64,000 nt of DNA from Takakia lepidozioides (taxonomy: Eukaryota > Plantae > Bryophyta). Each line of letters starts with the position of its first letter. Position 1 is the stretch's first letter. Of the stretch, positions 11,947 to 25,128 are shown one piece after another. The notes under the pieces were generated by a model. The model saw only the letters and a list, made by a program, of their open reading frames with translations, did not search any database and was not told the origin of the DNA. The stretch lies in assembly GCA_030704615.1 (NCBI GenBank), contig CM060731.1:52762001-52826000 (forward strand). Reading direction: 5' to 3'. The position numbers and the translations under genes are program-made.

Positions 11947-14900
11947 ATGGCTGTAGGTAGATGCTTAATACGGCTCAAGAATCTGCGATCTCGGGCGCCT
12001 GCTATCATTCCATTTTGCTCCTGTGCAAGTCCAGTCTATGAACCAGCCCCTTTGGCATCGCTGGTGCTGCATGTGCATGATTTGCTGTCACAGGTTGCAT
12101 TGAAAGGTCATCAGCATCCTCCCTGGTCAGCTACGGTTGCTGCTTCATACTCGTCGGAAGTGGAGCTGCCAAAACCATATAGTATGTGTGCTGCTCTATT
12201 CTGTTTGTGTGTCACTGTCTTCACAGTGTTAGAGACCTCATGGAAGTCGATTCCTTTTGCAGTCGCGAATATCGTCCTCAATGGATTTCACTTTTTGAAG
12301 TTCTCTCCCGGTAACCTTGCTTCCTTAGACGTCGGGCACGGAGCATAGAGGGGATGGAGAGGGAGGTAGGCGGGGAAGGAGAACAGAGTGGAAGCCCCCA
12401 TTATCGCTTCCGTTGTCGGACCTACCTGAAACATAAGTTGACTCTGGCGTTCCCAGTTTTCTCCATAATTCTAGAACGTGTCATCAATCAGATATCGACA
12501 TTGTCTTGCTCCTCTTTGACTGCCGCAGTCCTTTCTATGTGTTCACTTGATAGAACGAAAATTCCAAAAACGTGCACCCTCCTCAGCAGCATGCCGACAG
12601 ATTGGCCATCCCAAACTTGCTGCACAAAGGTTGGGAGTATCCTTCAACTTAAAATCCAGCCTAAGTGCCGACATTGGAGAAATTTTCAGACCCAATTGCT
12701 CATCCTGCGCTAAAGAAGTGTTTTGACCTGAGCTGCAGTTCATTCGCTTGTGATTGCATTTCCCCTTTGGCCTTACTCCCTTGGTCTCCTTTCGTCCACA
12801 CAGTTCCAGAGGTTGCAGAGTTTGAAAATTTTCTCTGTTCCACAAATTTGCCTCTTTGACGGGCGTTCCTGCAATTAGTCGGAGAGTCAACAGATACTGG
12901 GTACTTTGTCTCATGCATTCTAGCTAATTTGCATCACCGCCACCTTCTAGTCAGCCATCTATAGAGAGATGGGCTATAGTTTAACGATAATATTCAATGT
13001 ACACAATGTGCATGTTCTTATGGAGGGTACAGTTCGTAAGCCACCCATGTCACACCATTCAACTCAGAATTTCACTAGACACAGCTGATGAGCAATACAG
13101 GTGGTAGAGTTATCTTCTGGCATTGACATTATACAATAGAGCATAAAGTTAGTTCCCACATTTTACTTAGCCCCCCTTGGGACAGACGGGGCACATGCTT
13201 GTGATTGCACTGCCAGTCACATTGCAGAGCACAAAGGGCAGAGTGTGTGTGGTGTGCGACAGAGAGATGGGACCAGAAAGAAGGGGTAAGGTGGGTTGGA
13301 GTGAGGTGTGTTAAGGCGAAGAATGGGTTTGACTACAATATTTCTGAACGGGCGGTGTGGTCTGTGTGTCGGGCAGAGGGAAAGTCGTGGAATCCTGAGG
13401 TCAAGGCTGCCAGGAGGCCATCCACCGTTCTCCACAAAGGTGTGAAACTGCCCATGTCTGGTTCATGTGTGTAAAGGCCTCTGATATCGAGGGATCACCC
13501 TTAGGCACTTACAGCCTTTCTTACACCCTGTAGAATGGGGGACCGTAAGGTTATAGTGGGCAACATGAAGATAGTGACTCTGACAGGCTTTGTCATGTTG
13601 GACAGGGGACAAGTCATGGAATCCTGAGGCCAAGGTTGCAAAGAGAGCCCCCAGTGCTTGCCATAACGGTGGGGAGTTGCCCACATCTGGTTCAGGCCTG
13701 AAGACTGATAACAGGTCCTCTGAAAATGAAGGTATCACTACGGAGCTAGTGGAGTTGAGGGGCAGAGGTGATAATGCTGGGGTTTCCTGTAGGTTGAACA
13801 GCAAGTAAGCCAATCTCTTCTTTGGCCTGATCCCAGAGTCTTCTCATGCAGATGCATGTTCGCCACCACTTCATGATTATGGCTGTCCACTTTCTAAAAA
13901 CTTCATGCCAGTTTGTAGGGTTCAAACCTGATCAACTGCCAAGATGAAGCCTCCATGTTTACCACCCAAATGGTTTCTTGCAGAAAAGGGTGCTGTCAGT
14001 TTGGCTCAGGTATGAACTTCAGTCTGGAGGAACAGCCAATGGCAATGCCGGTTGCAGCTTGAGTGTTGACTTGAAGGACTGGCATTTATTGTAAAGCTTC
14101 CAAAGTGAGCAAGGAAACCTTATTGTGCAGTTGGTTGTGCGCATGGAAACAGGGGAGGAGAGACAACATGTCTATGGGAGCTCTGATTTCTGTGACCACC
14201 GAGGCATGCAGGTGGTTTTTTTGGGCACCTCATCGTCCATGCCAACCTTGAGCCGCAACACCTCCTGCATTGCGCTGCGCCTCGGTATGTGCGCTTCTTG
14301 TTTGTGTCGTGGCAGCAAATGTTTATTTGTTGGGTGAATGGCAAAGGATAATCTTGGATTTTGTTGATTTGTTCAGACGGCACAATCTATCTGTTTGATT
14401 GTGGGGAAGGTGTGCAACGACAGCTGCATAGAACCCCCTTTCGCCAGCGCAACATCGACAGCATCTTCATTACTCATATGCATGGTGACCATGTATCCTT
14501 CTGCTTATTCCTGGGAGAAAGAATATTTGTTACATTTGGAGGTTTTGTGTGAAATATCTTCCAAGTCACTTTTGTATTCTACCTCTGGTATGCAAGTGTT
14601 GGCACTTTATAAGGTCACTTCCGGCTGATAAATCTTGAATTGTCACCCCTCCACCCCCTTTATTCATCCATTAGCTACCAAAAGGGTGTAAAGTCGCAGC
14701 TCTCTCTTTTGCCTTGAAAGAAGTAAGGCAGAGAAGAGTATGAACAAGAGGCTGACATATAATATATGTATATATATTCACTCACGAAATTGCAAACAAA
14801 TCTGTAGGGGTCAGATACACTTAAATCTGAACTGGCAACCAAATAGCATGATTTCATGAAGTTAAATTTTTGAGACGTTTTTCTGACTCTGATCCTCAGT

Positions 14901-17900
14901 AGGTGTCTGGGGATGGTATATGTAGGTAGAAGTGCTTTTCAGGATTTCCGAGTATTGATTGACCAACCTTTTTCTTAGTGGTGGTCTTCAATTTCTACGA
15001 CTATTTGAGTTTCTCGCACAGTTTTGGGTATGAAAATATGTTTTAGAAGCATCACAGGATTTCTTGGTCTGGGTAATTTTCCCCAAACGTCGTTGCATCA
15101 GTTTGTTACTTGGTTTACTACAATGGTTCCTTGACCCCAAGTGTTGGCTTTTCCTGGCCCCAGATATTTGGACTTCCAGGTGTGCCCCATCCTTCTTGAC
15201 ACATGCCATCTACTTTTACGTTTTTTGAGTCACCACAAGTGAAATCTCATTGATAAGTATTTACAGGAAGGTTAGGACTTGCATCTAGTGACCTTCTTGT
15301 GGAGAATATTATGAACAGGTCTTCCTCTGAGTCTTTATGGTAGGGCTTATAATTGGAGATGGCATTTGTTGGATGGTTGTAGAAAGGCCTTCTGTGTATG
15401 ATAGGCATGACAGCTTCACCATCAAAGCAGCCTATTGAGATCTTTGGACCAGAGGGCCTGCGGCAGTGGATACGCACTACACTCAGGCTGTCCTGTGCAC
15501 GTGTGCCTACCAAATATGCTGTGCATCAGCTTGTCCTGAACGAGGTGCACCTCAAGGCTGATGAATATCTAGTTCCCCTTCCTCAATTTGTGCACTGCTT
15601 GCAGTACGAGTGACTGGTATCTAAATATGTGCTGAAGCAGTTTACATATGCAATCAAGGAGTCATGTAGGGATCATCCAAGCAGAGTTTTCTTTTGATCT
15701 CATCTAGTCTTTTACCAGTAAGGGGGTAATGCTAGTTACCAAACCAAAATTTTCAGGAAAGCGTTCTGAGCAGCCACTAGGGGCTCTGCAAAGGTGCAAG
15801 GATCTCTGCAGGCAAGGCATTGTTGGAAAATTTTCTGGTCGAGCGTAATTCAATTTGCAACTCTTTGGTATGAGGCCAGGAAAGGACTTGGAAAAGAGCT
15901 GCCAAATGGAATCTAGCAGAGGAAGAGCATGAAGATGAACTACCTGGCAAGGACATTTCTTGCTCTAAAGATGGCCTCTGGCATGTGTACGTTTACTCAT
16001 TACTGTGTATTCAGAAGCATCAAACTCAAACTACCAAGGGAATAAGAGCGTTAACTGTTTTGATGCCTTCTAGTTGAAAGTATGTAATTGTTGTTCTTAG
16101 AGGCAGGACAAACGGCGGGGACTCAAAGAAGTGCAGGGATCATGTACTTTGGAATACAGTCCGCACTAACACCAGATCAAGTGGAGGCCAGAAACCAGTT
16201 CTAGTCATTCTCCAGCTATTCTGAACCCTAAGCAGGAAGTTGGTGACTGTGATTGCCATCCAAGACAGCTATCAATGGACAAAAACTTTCGTCCTTGGGC
16301 CAAATGAAAGAGAATTCTTTCCAAAAACAATCCTTGACTTTTAGTTGGGAACACCCTGGGATTACGGCTTAAAACTTTGGCTCATCCCCTTTGAACAGAG
16401 ATCCCTGACCAGATCTGGGTTGCCAAATATATTATTGGTTGTCATATAGACCTGGTCGTATGTCCCCATCGAAGGGGTGTAGAGTCTAGCCTAAAGTGTC
16501 AGAGGCAACCTGCAGCAGGAGGTGCTGGAACAGGTCACAGGGAACTGTGACCCCTTCCCAGTTGAACCATAATACTTCTCCCTTCACAAGTAACGAGAAA
16601 GATCCCACTAAGAGTTTCCATACCCAGACCATGGGGACAGGACCTTAGTACCTCTGGTGGTTGTCACCCTCATTAGCAGAGATTTACACCGACACTGGCC
16701 AAAGAGCCCAGTCTCCAGAAGTGTGCTGGGCAGCAATGAAAAGGGTTGTACACATTCTCTCTCTGACCCAGTGTTGGCTTTATATGGAGTTCCAAGCAGG
16801 TTTGAACTCACATCTAACAGAGTCATTGTCACGGGCTCAATAACTACAGACACAAGGATGATAAGTACGTGGTTGTGGCGGGACTGCTGAAGCACACCAT
16901 CCCCAGTTGGGGCTATGTGGTGCAGGAACACACTCGCCCTGGCAGGTTGGCTGCCTCTTCAGCGTTGGGTTTTCTTTCTGGTCTATCTGGTTATCTGGAT
17001 TGCATGTTACTTTCTTAACTCCTTCCTTTATTTCGTCTTGAGGGTGAAAATAAGAGGGGCTTCCGACTCCCACGGGTGCTTGCCAGACAGCAGTGGGGTT
17101 CAATGCAATCATGGATGATCTTTGATGTTGTTTTGTTGAGAATTAGTACAAGTTGTTAGGCAAACCTAGGGATGATGTATCATCTTTGATAAAACATGTG
17201 TTGCCTGGGGGGCAACTTATATGGTATGGTGTAGTAATGGATGGGATGACCAAGGACCTAACAGAATCCATCTTGGACACTTTGGCACAGATTCAGTGTC
17301 GAGCGTGCCCTTGAGGCTGGGGTTCGCCCTGGCCCCATGTATGCCTCATTGCAAAAAGGCCACACTGTTTCCCTTTCAAATGGAAATCTGGTTAGTGTTT
17401 GGCCCATCTTTGGCAGATTTTGTGCACGTTTTCAGTTGTTGCTTGTTCCTATTTCCCTTGTTGTAGTCTGTGCAGGGTGTACCATTGTTGAAAGCTGGAG
17501 GATATGGCTGCAGTAGAATACTGCAGCAACATACTTTGACAAGCATTGATTAGATTGTCTTTATGGTGACTCATTTGCTGCAGCTGCAAATGTGAACCCC
17601 TAGGCAAGCCATGTGGTGGGTCCCACAGGAAGGATGGTCTCCAAAGGACTGCAGCAATATGGATGCCCATGGCCTGAAAGCATGTTCACATGATGCCATG
17701 AAGTGGATACAATTGCAGAAAACTAAAAGGGCATGCTTAAGTCAAAACCTAGCCAATCTCTGCTAGTCCACGAGTAAGTCCGCCATGCACCACATGCCAT
17801 GGCAGCTCCACAATGGCAATGGCAACCCCTGATGCCCATTACAATGGCAGTGTGCTCTCTGTCCATCTGCTGTGGTCTGTGGCCAATGACAGCAACTTCC

Positions 17901-19477
17901 ACCAGGAACGGCAGTTCGCCCTTCCGTAAACCTGGCTTCAAGACGAACCAATAAAAGTAGAGTCTGGCAGATGGGGCCACTGACCACCCAATTTTCTATC
18001 TTTTACTTTATAACTAATAGGAGTTTGGAGTACTTATTGTTGAGCATACACACAGCTGGGGAGCACCTGCACACCTTTAAGTGCAAAACTCTTGGAGAGG
18101 ATATAAACATTGTTAAAGTATGGTCCGGAACTTGTACCATACTAATATAAAATGCAAATGTGCCTCCAACGTGAAGGAGGGTTTTTCATGCAATTTTGGT
18201 GGGATACAGGTCAAGCCAGAAGATGTGCTAGGCCCTCCACGAAGAGGGCGTAAAGTGGGTATGTCCTTTTCTTCCATACTTAGATCTTTGCTTCTCTCCT
18301 GCCATGAGGAACTAGTGATGTATTTTGGCTTTGGATGCTATGTCTGCTAGTTGTGTGCAAAAGGAAACCTTGCGAGTCCCACCCCTCAACAAAGCCACTT
18401 AGTAGACCGACCTTCTAGTTCTATACGATTGAATAAACATGGACTAAGTGGTAGGAGGGGATCTCAAGGCTCACTGCATCCTTACAATTTAACTTTAATT
18501 GATTATGTTTGTGCGCAGTGATTCTTGGGGACACTTGCGACTCGCGATCGCTGCAGGTTGCAGCCAAGGGGGCAGATGTTGTGGTCCACGAGGCTACTGT
18601 GGTGGAACACGAGGCCAGCCTTGCTAAAGACCGAGGCCATTCCACTGCCAGTGGGTTATAAGCTCTGTTATCCGTACACCATAATGTTGGCCTATATTCA
18701 ATCATAGATTTCGTCCAGTGAAAACGTGTCATCAGGTTGTTTCACTTACCAAACCCTGGTGCCAGGTCTGGGTGGGACAACTGCTGCTCACTGCAATTGC
18801 AAAGTGTTCAAGGATGGCTACAAGTTTATTGACGGTAAAAGTGTGTTCACTGCTAGTGTTGCTGAAAAAGCTGTGTAGTAGCTGAAAAAACATCTAATGT
18901 GTGTGCAGCAATGGCTGGGAATTTGGCGCGGTCCATTGACGCCAGCACGCTTGTGCTTACCCATTTTAGTGGCAAGTTGGAGGGAGCTCTTTATGGACAT
19001 TCAGTAAGCCATTTAATCTCTTCCTGTAGCTGACTTGCAATGTGCAACACTGAAAATAGTATCTTCACAGTTTGTCAAACTCGCGTTGAATTTGCTCTTC
19101 CAGGTAGTCCACATGCCTCCTCTGTCAGAATTCAGGTTGGAAAAGTAATTATAGCATGTATTAACCTAGAAGGGTCTTGGCTTGACAAGGTCCCGGAAAT
19201 CCAGTTTTCAGATGATTGTACTCCTTTTTTTCTATTGGAGAAAGGCTGGAAGCTCGGTCTTGTTCTGTCGGCATCATCCAACTGGTGGTTACTTTCAAAA
19301 TAAACAAAGGTGGCCATGATTTGTGTGTTCTTGCAGGAGGGAAGTGGAACTATTGAGGATCTAGTGACTGCTGCCCGCAAGGCATTTGCAAAACATTCAG
19401 TTGTAGCTGCGCATGATCTAGCAGCTTATACTGTTCTGCAACAAGATGGATCTGCCTCATCTTTTGAGCAAACATGA
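11947..19477 (+). CDS. Short-form tRNase Z (metallo-beta-lactamase; bacterial/ELAC1-type motifs) with transit-peptide-like N-terminus
   Basis: Exons ~11947-12181, (13984-14009), 14131-14284, 14377-14492, 15164-15179, 15387-15544, 15880-15986, 16850-16945, 17291-17390, 18210-18258, 18519-18650, 18909-19003, 19337-19477. Motifs [52 protein letters not shown]. 5' exons less certain. Confidence 0.88.
13370..13695. repeat. Diverged direct duplication (~230 bp period) in tRNase Z intron
   Basis: 13370-13466 (aaagtcgtggaatcctgaggtcaagg...gcccatgtctggttca) resembles 13599-13695 (caagtcatggaatcctgaggccaagg...gcccacatctggttca). Confidence 0.6.
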
Positions 19478-20589
19478 TCTCAATTTTTCTGTGCCAGACA
19501 CCTCAGATGTCAGTCCACAATTTTTTATTTCCTCACAAGTGGCTGGCCAATTTTCTACTCCACTGTTGAGCATTGCACCACAGCTCGCTACAAATCCTTC
19601 TCATGACTGTGCCCTCACAGCCAAAGGAGGAGCAGTAAGTATATCTTCCTCTCATTATTCACATAAATTATCCCTTAGTTGGGTGTAACTTTATTGATAT
19701 TAATTGAACCAACATGACAGACCAAAAGCTTCGTTTTTTGGGATGTTGGACGTTTACTGGAAGCAAGAGAAAAAGACCTCACTTTTCTTGAAGGGGATTT
19801 CATAAGAGTTTTCTGGCTTGTTTGAGATTGGCAGCTCAAGTAGTTACTGAGAACACTGGGAGTCACACCAGCGATAGAGACCTGCGTTGGTGGACACTGC
19901 CAGTATCGCTTGTTGTTGCATGAAACTACGCATAGTTGTTTCATACATGCTCCCAAATCTGGTCTCCAACTGTAGCAATTGTATTCTGAAGTGGGTGGCC
20001 TCTGTCCCCCAACCTTGAACTCCAGCATCCACAAACCGATGTTATAGTGTGAGGGAGTCAAGTGGCATCAATCAATAACAACATATCGAAATGCCCTTAC
20101 AATCAGCAGCCACCATGGGATTGGATCTTGGTGGCTTAAGGATAGCTTTTGGGAATATTCATGCAAGTTCGTCAAGGGCTCCATCCAAAGCCACACCACA
20201 AGAACAAACAAACATGTGCAAATTTAAGATGCTGAACAAACTTGTGCACAGGGCTGCCCCTCTAATCAAGCTCATCAAAATCCGTATTCACTTCCATCTT
20301 CAAGCTTTGGAGAAGCTCCACCACCCAAACCCAGAATTAGGCCAGCACTCCGATTTCCATCCACGGTCACCAAAGTCAGTCCAATATCACCCCTTCAGTC
20401 AAGTGCGATTATGGGCTGACTTCCCACCTATGCCGGTAGACCCCACTATCATTTCCCGTGGATATGCCACAGGAAATGCACTCAACAGTACACCATGGTC
20501 AATACTCTCAGGAAATGGTGGATGATCTGAGTAGCTACACAGATCAATGAATGAAGCAAGACACTCGCATCTTCCAAGAAAACATCCTT

Positions 20590-23500
20590 TCACCAGTAAT
20601 CCCCACAAGAACAAATCCCATCTTCAAAGTGGTGAAAGCGGTTAGCGTCCCGTACAACAATTGCTCGGCCAACAATCTTTGAGATGAATTTGGTGGAGGT
20701 GTGGCAGTCACCACACACTCGAAGATTCTTGATGAGACGGAGAGGTGTCCTAGGGGTCGTGCTGATCAGCCCAAAACCAATGGCCAGTTTTCTCACTGTG
20801 GTGGCAAAGAGAAAATTCCTTTTCCCTCCTCCCCACATCATGCAACACAAAGCGCGTGTCAGGCACATACCCCGCCTCCTTCATCTGCCCAGACAATCTT
20901 CTCAGCTCAGCATGGATTCCTTAATTCTGGGATGCAACTTGTCATCTACAACGAAGGTGTGCACCCTGTTGCCAACCTCAATGCAGCAGCGACCTGGCTC
21001 CTTTCTAACCCCTTTGACCTTCATCATTCGTCTCACCTTTGCAGTATCATCCCACCTGCCAGCTGCAGCATAGATGTTTGAGAGCAACACATAAGTCACG
21101 GCATCCTGTTCATCCCACGTGAGGATAGATGTTGCTGCACGTTCAGCCATCTCAACATTGCCATGGATTCTGCAGGCACCAAGCAAGGCCTTCCACACCA
21201 CAGCATCTGGATTTATGGGCATTTTATTAATCAGGTCCACTGCCTCATCCAGTTGTCCCGCACGTCCAAGAAGGTCCACCATGCAGCCAAAGTGCTTTAC
21301 TGTCGGAGTGACACCATGATCTTGACTCATGGAATCAAAGTAGCGTCTTCCTTCATTCAGTAGGCCAGCATGGCTGCATGCAGAGAGAACACATATAAAG
21401 GTGATACTGTTCGGCTTCGAGCCGTTCTTTTGCATTCCTTCAAATAGTTGCACGACCTCCCTATGACAACCATGCTGTGCATATCCTGCGATCATCGCAC
21501 TCCACGACACCACATTTCGTTCAGCCATATTGTCGAACACTCCCTTTGCATCCTCGATGCTCCCACATTTGGCATACATGTCCACCAGGGTATTGTTCAG
21601 GATGACATCTGGTACGATTCCAGCTCTCACGATGTCGCCATGCACCTCTTTGCCCTTTTCCAGGGCTGCCAGGCTTGCACACGCACTGCAAACGCACACA
21701 AACGTGATGTGGTTGGGTTTCACCCCTTCGCACATCATTTGCTCATACGTCTCCAAAGCCTCCATCCCGCGCCCCTGCTGTGCATACCCTGCAAGCATTG
21801 CGTTCCACGACACCACATCTCGTTCAGCCATATTGTCGAACACTCCCTTTGCATCCTCGATGCTCCCACATTTGGCATACATGTCCACCAGGGCAGTTTT
21901 CAGGATCACATCTGGTACAATTCCAGCTCTGACGATGTCGCCATGCACCTCTTTGCCCTTTTCCAGGGCTGCCAGGCTTGCACACGCATTGCAAACGCAC
22001 ACAAACGTGATGTGGTTGGGCTTCAACCCTTCGCACATCATGTGCTCATACGTCTCCAAAGCCTCCATCCCGCGCCCCTGCTGTGCATATCCTGCGATCA
22101 TCGCACTCCACGACACCACATCTCGTTCAGCCATATTGTCGAACACTCCCTTTGCATCCTCGATGCACCCACATTTGGCATACATGTCCACCAGGGCAGT
22201 GTTCAGGATCACATCTGGTACGATTCCAGCTCTGACCATGTCGCCATGCACCTCTTTGCCCTTTTCCAGGGCTGCCAGGCTTGCACACGCATGCAAACGC
22301 CACACAAACGTGATGTGGTTGGGCTTCACCCCTTCCCCTATCATTTGCTCATAGGTCTCCAAAGCATTCCTACCACACCCATGCTTGGTAAATCCTGCCA
22401 GCATTATATTCCACGTGATCAAAGATCGTTGAGGCATTCTGTTGAACACTTGGTGAGCATCCATCATGCTCCCGCACTTAACATACATGTTGACAAGGGT
22501 GTTGAGGAGAAAAACATTTGGCACGAATCCACTTTGGATAATGTGAGTGTGACCTGCTTTCCAGCTTCCAGGCCTTTCACCTTGATGCACTTATGCAAGA
22601 GACAGACATACGTTTCTGAATCTGCTGAAATGCCCCCTTGGTTTAAGGTCTGTAGAGCCTCTTTCAGTCTGCCTGCCTCACAAAGCATCTTCACATGCCC
22701 AGAAGTGCCAGAAGAGGCATTGTGGACTCCCTCTCTTGATCCTCTTCCAGAAGCTGTGGTCATGGTTGAGGTGCCTGATTTTATCAACTGTGCCGCTGCA
22801 GCTGCTGCCTTTAGTTGACCATCTACCCTTGCAGGTTTCTTGTAGCTATTGATCCACAGGGAATCATAGGTAATCTTGTTCTTGAAATCTGGCCCTCTTG
22901 GATGAATCTGGACCCACACTCTATCCCTGCTCCTTCAGCTATTCATGCCTCTGCACAAATCATGCATACATCCTTGCCTTGCTGCTAGCAGCTGACAACG
23001 ACAGCCTAGATTTGTTCTAGGAAACACCCAACTCAACTTATCACACTAGTTCCTATGCTCAATTGCATCTGCTACTTTCTGTAATCCAACAGGCATTCAC
23101 CTTTTGCCCTCGATTGTCCCACCATTGACTGGGGTCAGAAAAGTATTCTCTGCACAGCTTCTGCACGTCTCTGTTACCTGTTTCTGGATACTTTCCTGTT
23201 GTCTGGGGTCAGAAAAGTATTCATTCCACAGCTTCTCCTCCTCTCTGTTACCTGTTTCTGGATACTTTCCTGTTGTCACATTGGCAGTAGCATCATGTCA
23301 AAGTCACTCCAAACTATCAAAGGTTCACTCAACCAGCTACCTTGCAGAATTCAACAAGAAAATTTAGGGCTGATTCTGATAAGAGGGAAAAACAGGGTGA
23401 AATGTGTTGAAGAAGGTGCCTTCATGAGCAGTGCCTGATTTTATCAGCTGTGCCAATGCTGCTGCGGCTTCCAGTTGACCATCTACCCATGCAGGTTTCT

Positions 23501-24380
23501 TGTAGCCATCCTTCCACAGGGAGTCATAGGTAATCTGGAGCTTGAAATCTGGCCCTCTTGGATGAATCTGGACCCACACCCCATCCCTGCTCCTTCAGCT
23601 ATCCATGCCTCAGCACAAATCATGCATACATCCTTGCCTTGCTGCTAGCAACAGACAATGACAGCCTAGAATTCTTCCAGCAAACACCCCCACCATACTT
23701 ATCACACTAGTTCCTATGCTGACTTGCGTCTGCTTCCAACAGGCATTCACCTTTTTGTCTCCATTGTCCCACCATTGCCGGGGGTCGGAGAAGTGTTCAT
23801 TCCAAAGCTTCTCCTCGTCTCTGTTATCTGTTTTTGGATACTTTCGTGCTGCCACATCGGCACTACCTTGTCAAAGTCATTCCAAACCATCAAAGTCGAC
23901 ATATGGCAAATGAAAGACTACAGCTTGGATGCAAACACCATATTCAATATGCAAATTCAGGGCCGAGTCTGATGAGAGCGGCTGAAATAGGTCGAAGAAG
24001 AAGGTGCCCTCACCACATTGTCCTTGACCTTGTGTCGTGACCCATGGAGGATTTGACCGACCATCAACCCAAAAGGACCTCTTGTGTGTGCTGCTTGTGT
24101 CTGTAGTCAGGTAATCTCGGATTGGTCTGTGAGAACCACCACGGTGCACATGAGCAGGCAGAGATTGAAACACGGCCTGCTAAGACCAAGCTGACTCTCC
24201 CAAGAACCTTGTAAACATGAGGAAGAATACCAAATCATGGTACTAACAGGAGCCAAGAGCCCACATTTGCAGCATGGACAAACTTCTTCACATCGTACAT
24301 TAAGAAAAAGCCACACCTTGCGATTGCGGTTGTCCCACCATCGTGAACTATCTTTACAAAACTCATGCCAGCTCTGCTCC
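20590..24380 (-). pseudogene. Left-arm PDF-PLS-E-DYW PPR gene copy, frameshifted as assembled
   Basis: ORFs 22464-22919, 20902-22590 and 20590-20868 piece together a paralog of the 833-aa protein. Indels at ~22551 (-1), ~20917 (-1) and ~20790 (+1). One fewer 303-bp PLS unit. PDF exons up to ~24380. Confidence 0.8.
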
Positions 24381-25128
24381 GTGCTCCAAGGTAGAGGTTT
24401 GTGATCGAAAATCCGACAGCATCAACATTGTGACAAGGTCCTTTACTGAGGGGTGCTAGTGAGCTTTCAACAACATTCATGCAAGTTGTTTTGGGCTCCA
24501 TTGGACTCTACCCGAGCGAGGAACAACGAACATGTCCAGACTTACACAGATGCTAACCCAGCTTATGTATACAGTCTGGAGATTGTAGAGTGGTCTCTGA
24601 AAACGACCAGGGAGGAAGGCGCTGAGCCGCCACAGTCTTTTACCCTGGGCCTTGGCATTTAAGTTTGTCTCACGTTCCAAATTCCAATATGTAGGCTACC
24701 GTCCCAAGTCGTTCAAAAAACAAAATCAGCCAAAGCCGGTGGACATATCAACACGATGCGGACCCCGCTATTGCATGCCTTGGGAAAGTGGCAATTGCAT
24801 GTGGGGCCCATTTGGCGGCTGCAGGCAAGCGCTAACCGCTAGGAGCCATCGGAACGGCACGACCACGAACCGGTGGTCCATGTAGGGCCCCTGACCGCTG
24901 CCACCTTGAAGAGCACAGTAATATCCTTGTTGAAAGTTCGGTAAAATGATGAAAAGGTTTCTTGAGCAGAGTTTGGAGTTCGTTGTTCCTCATCGTGTAG
25001 AGCCCAATGGAGCCCAAAACAACTTGCATGAATGTTGTTGAAAGCTCACTAGCACCCCTCATTAAAGGACCTTGTCACAATGTTGATGCTGTCGGATTTT
25101 CGATCACAAACCTCTACCTTGGAGCACG

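Noticed and set aside
24946-25128. Start codon and transit peptide for the PDF-PPR gene
   Set aside because: The frame of PDF module 1 has upstream stops and ORF 25007 is in another frame, so the N-terminus is unresolved.
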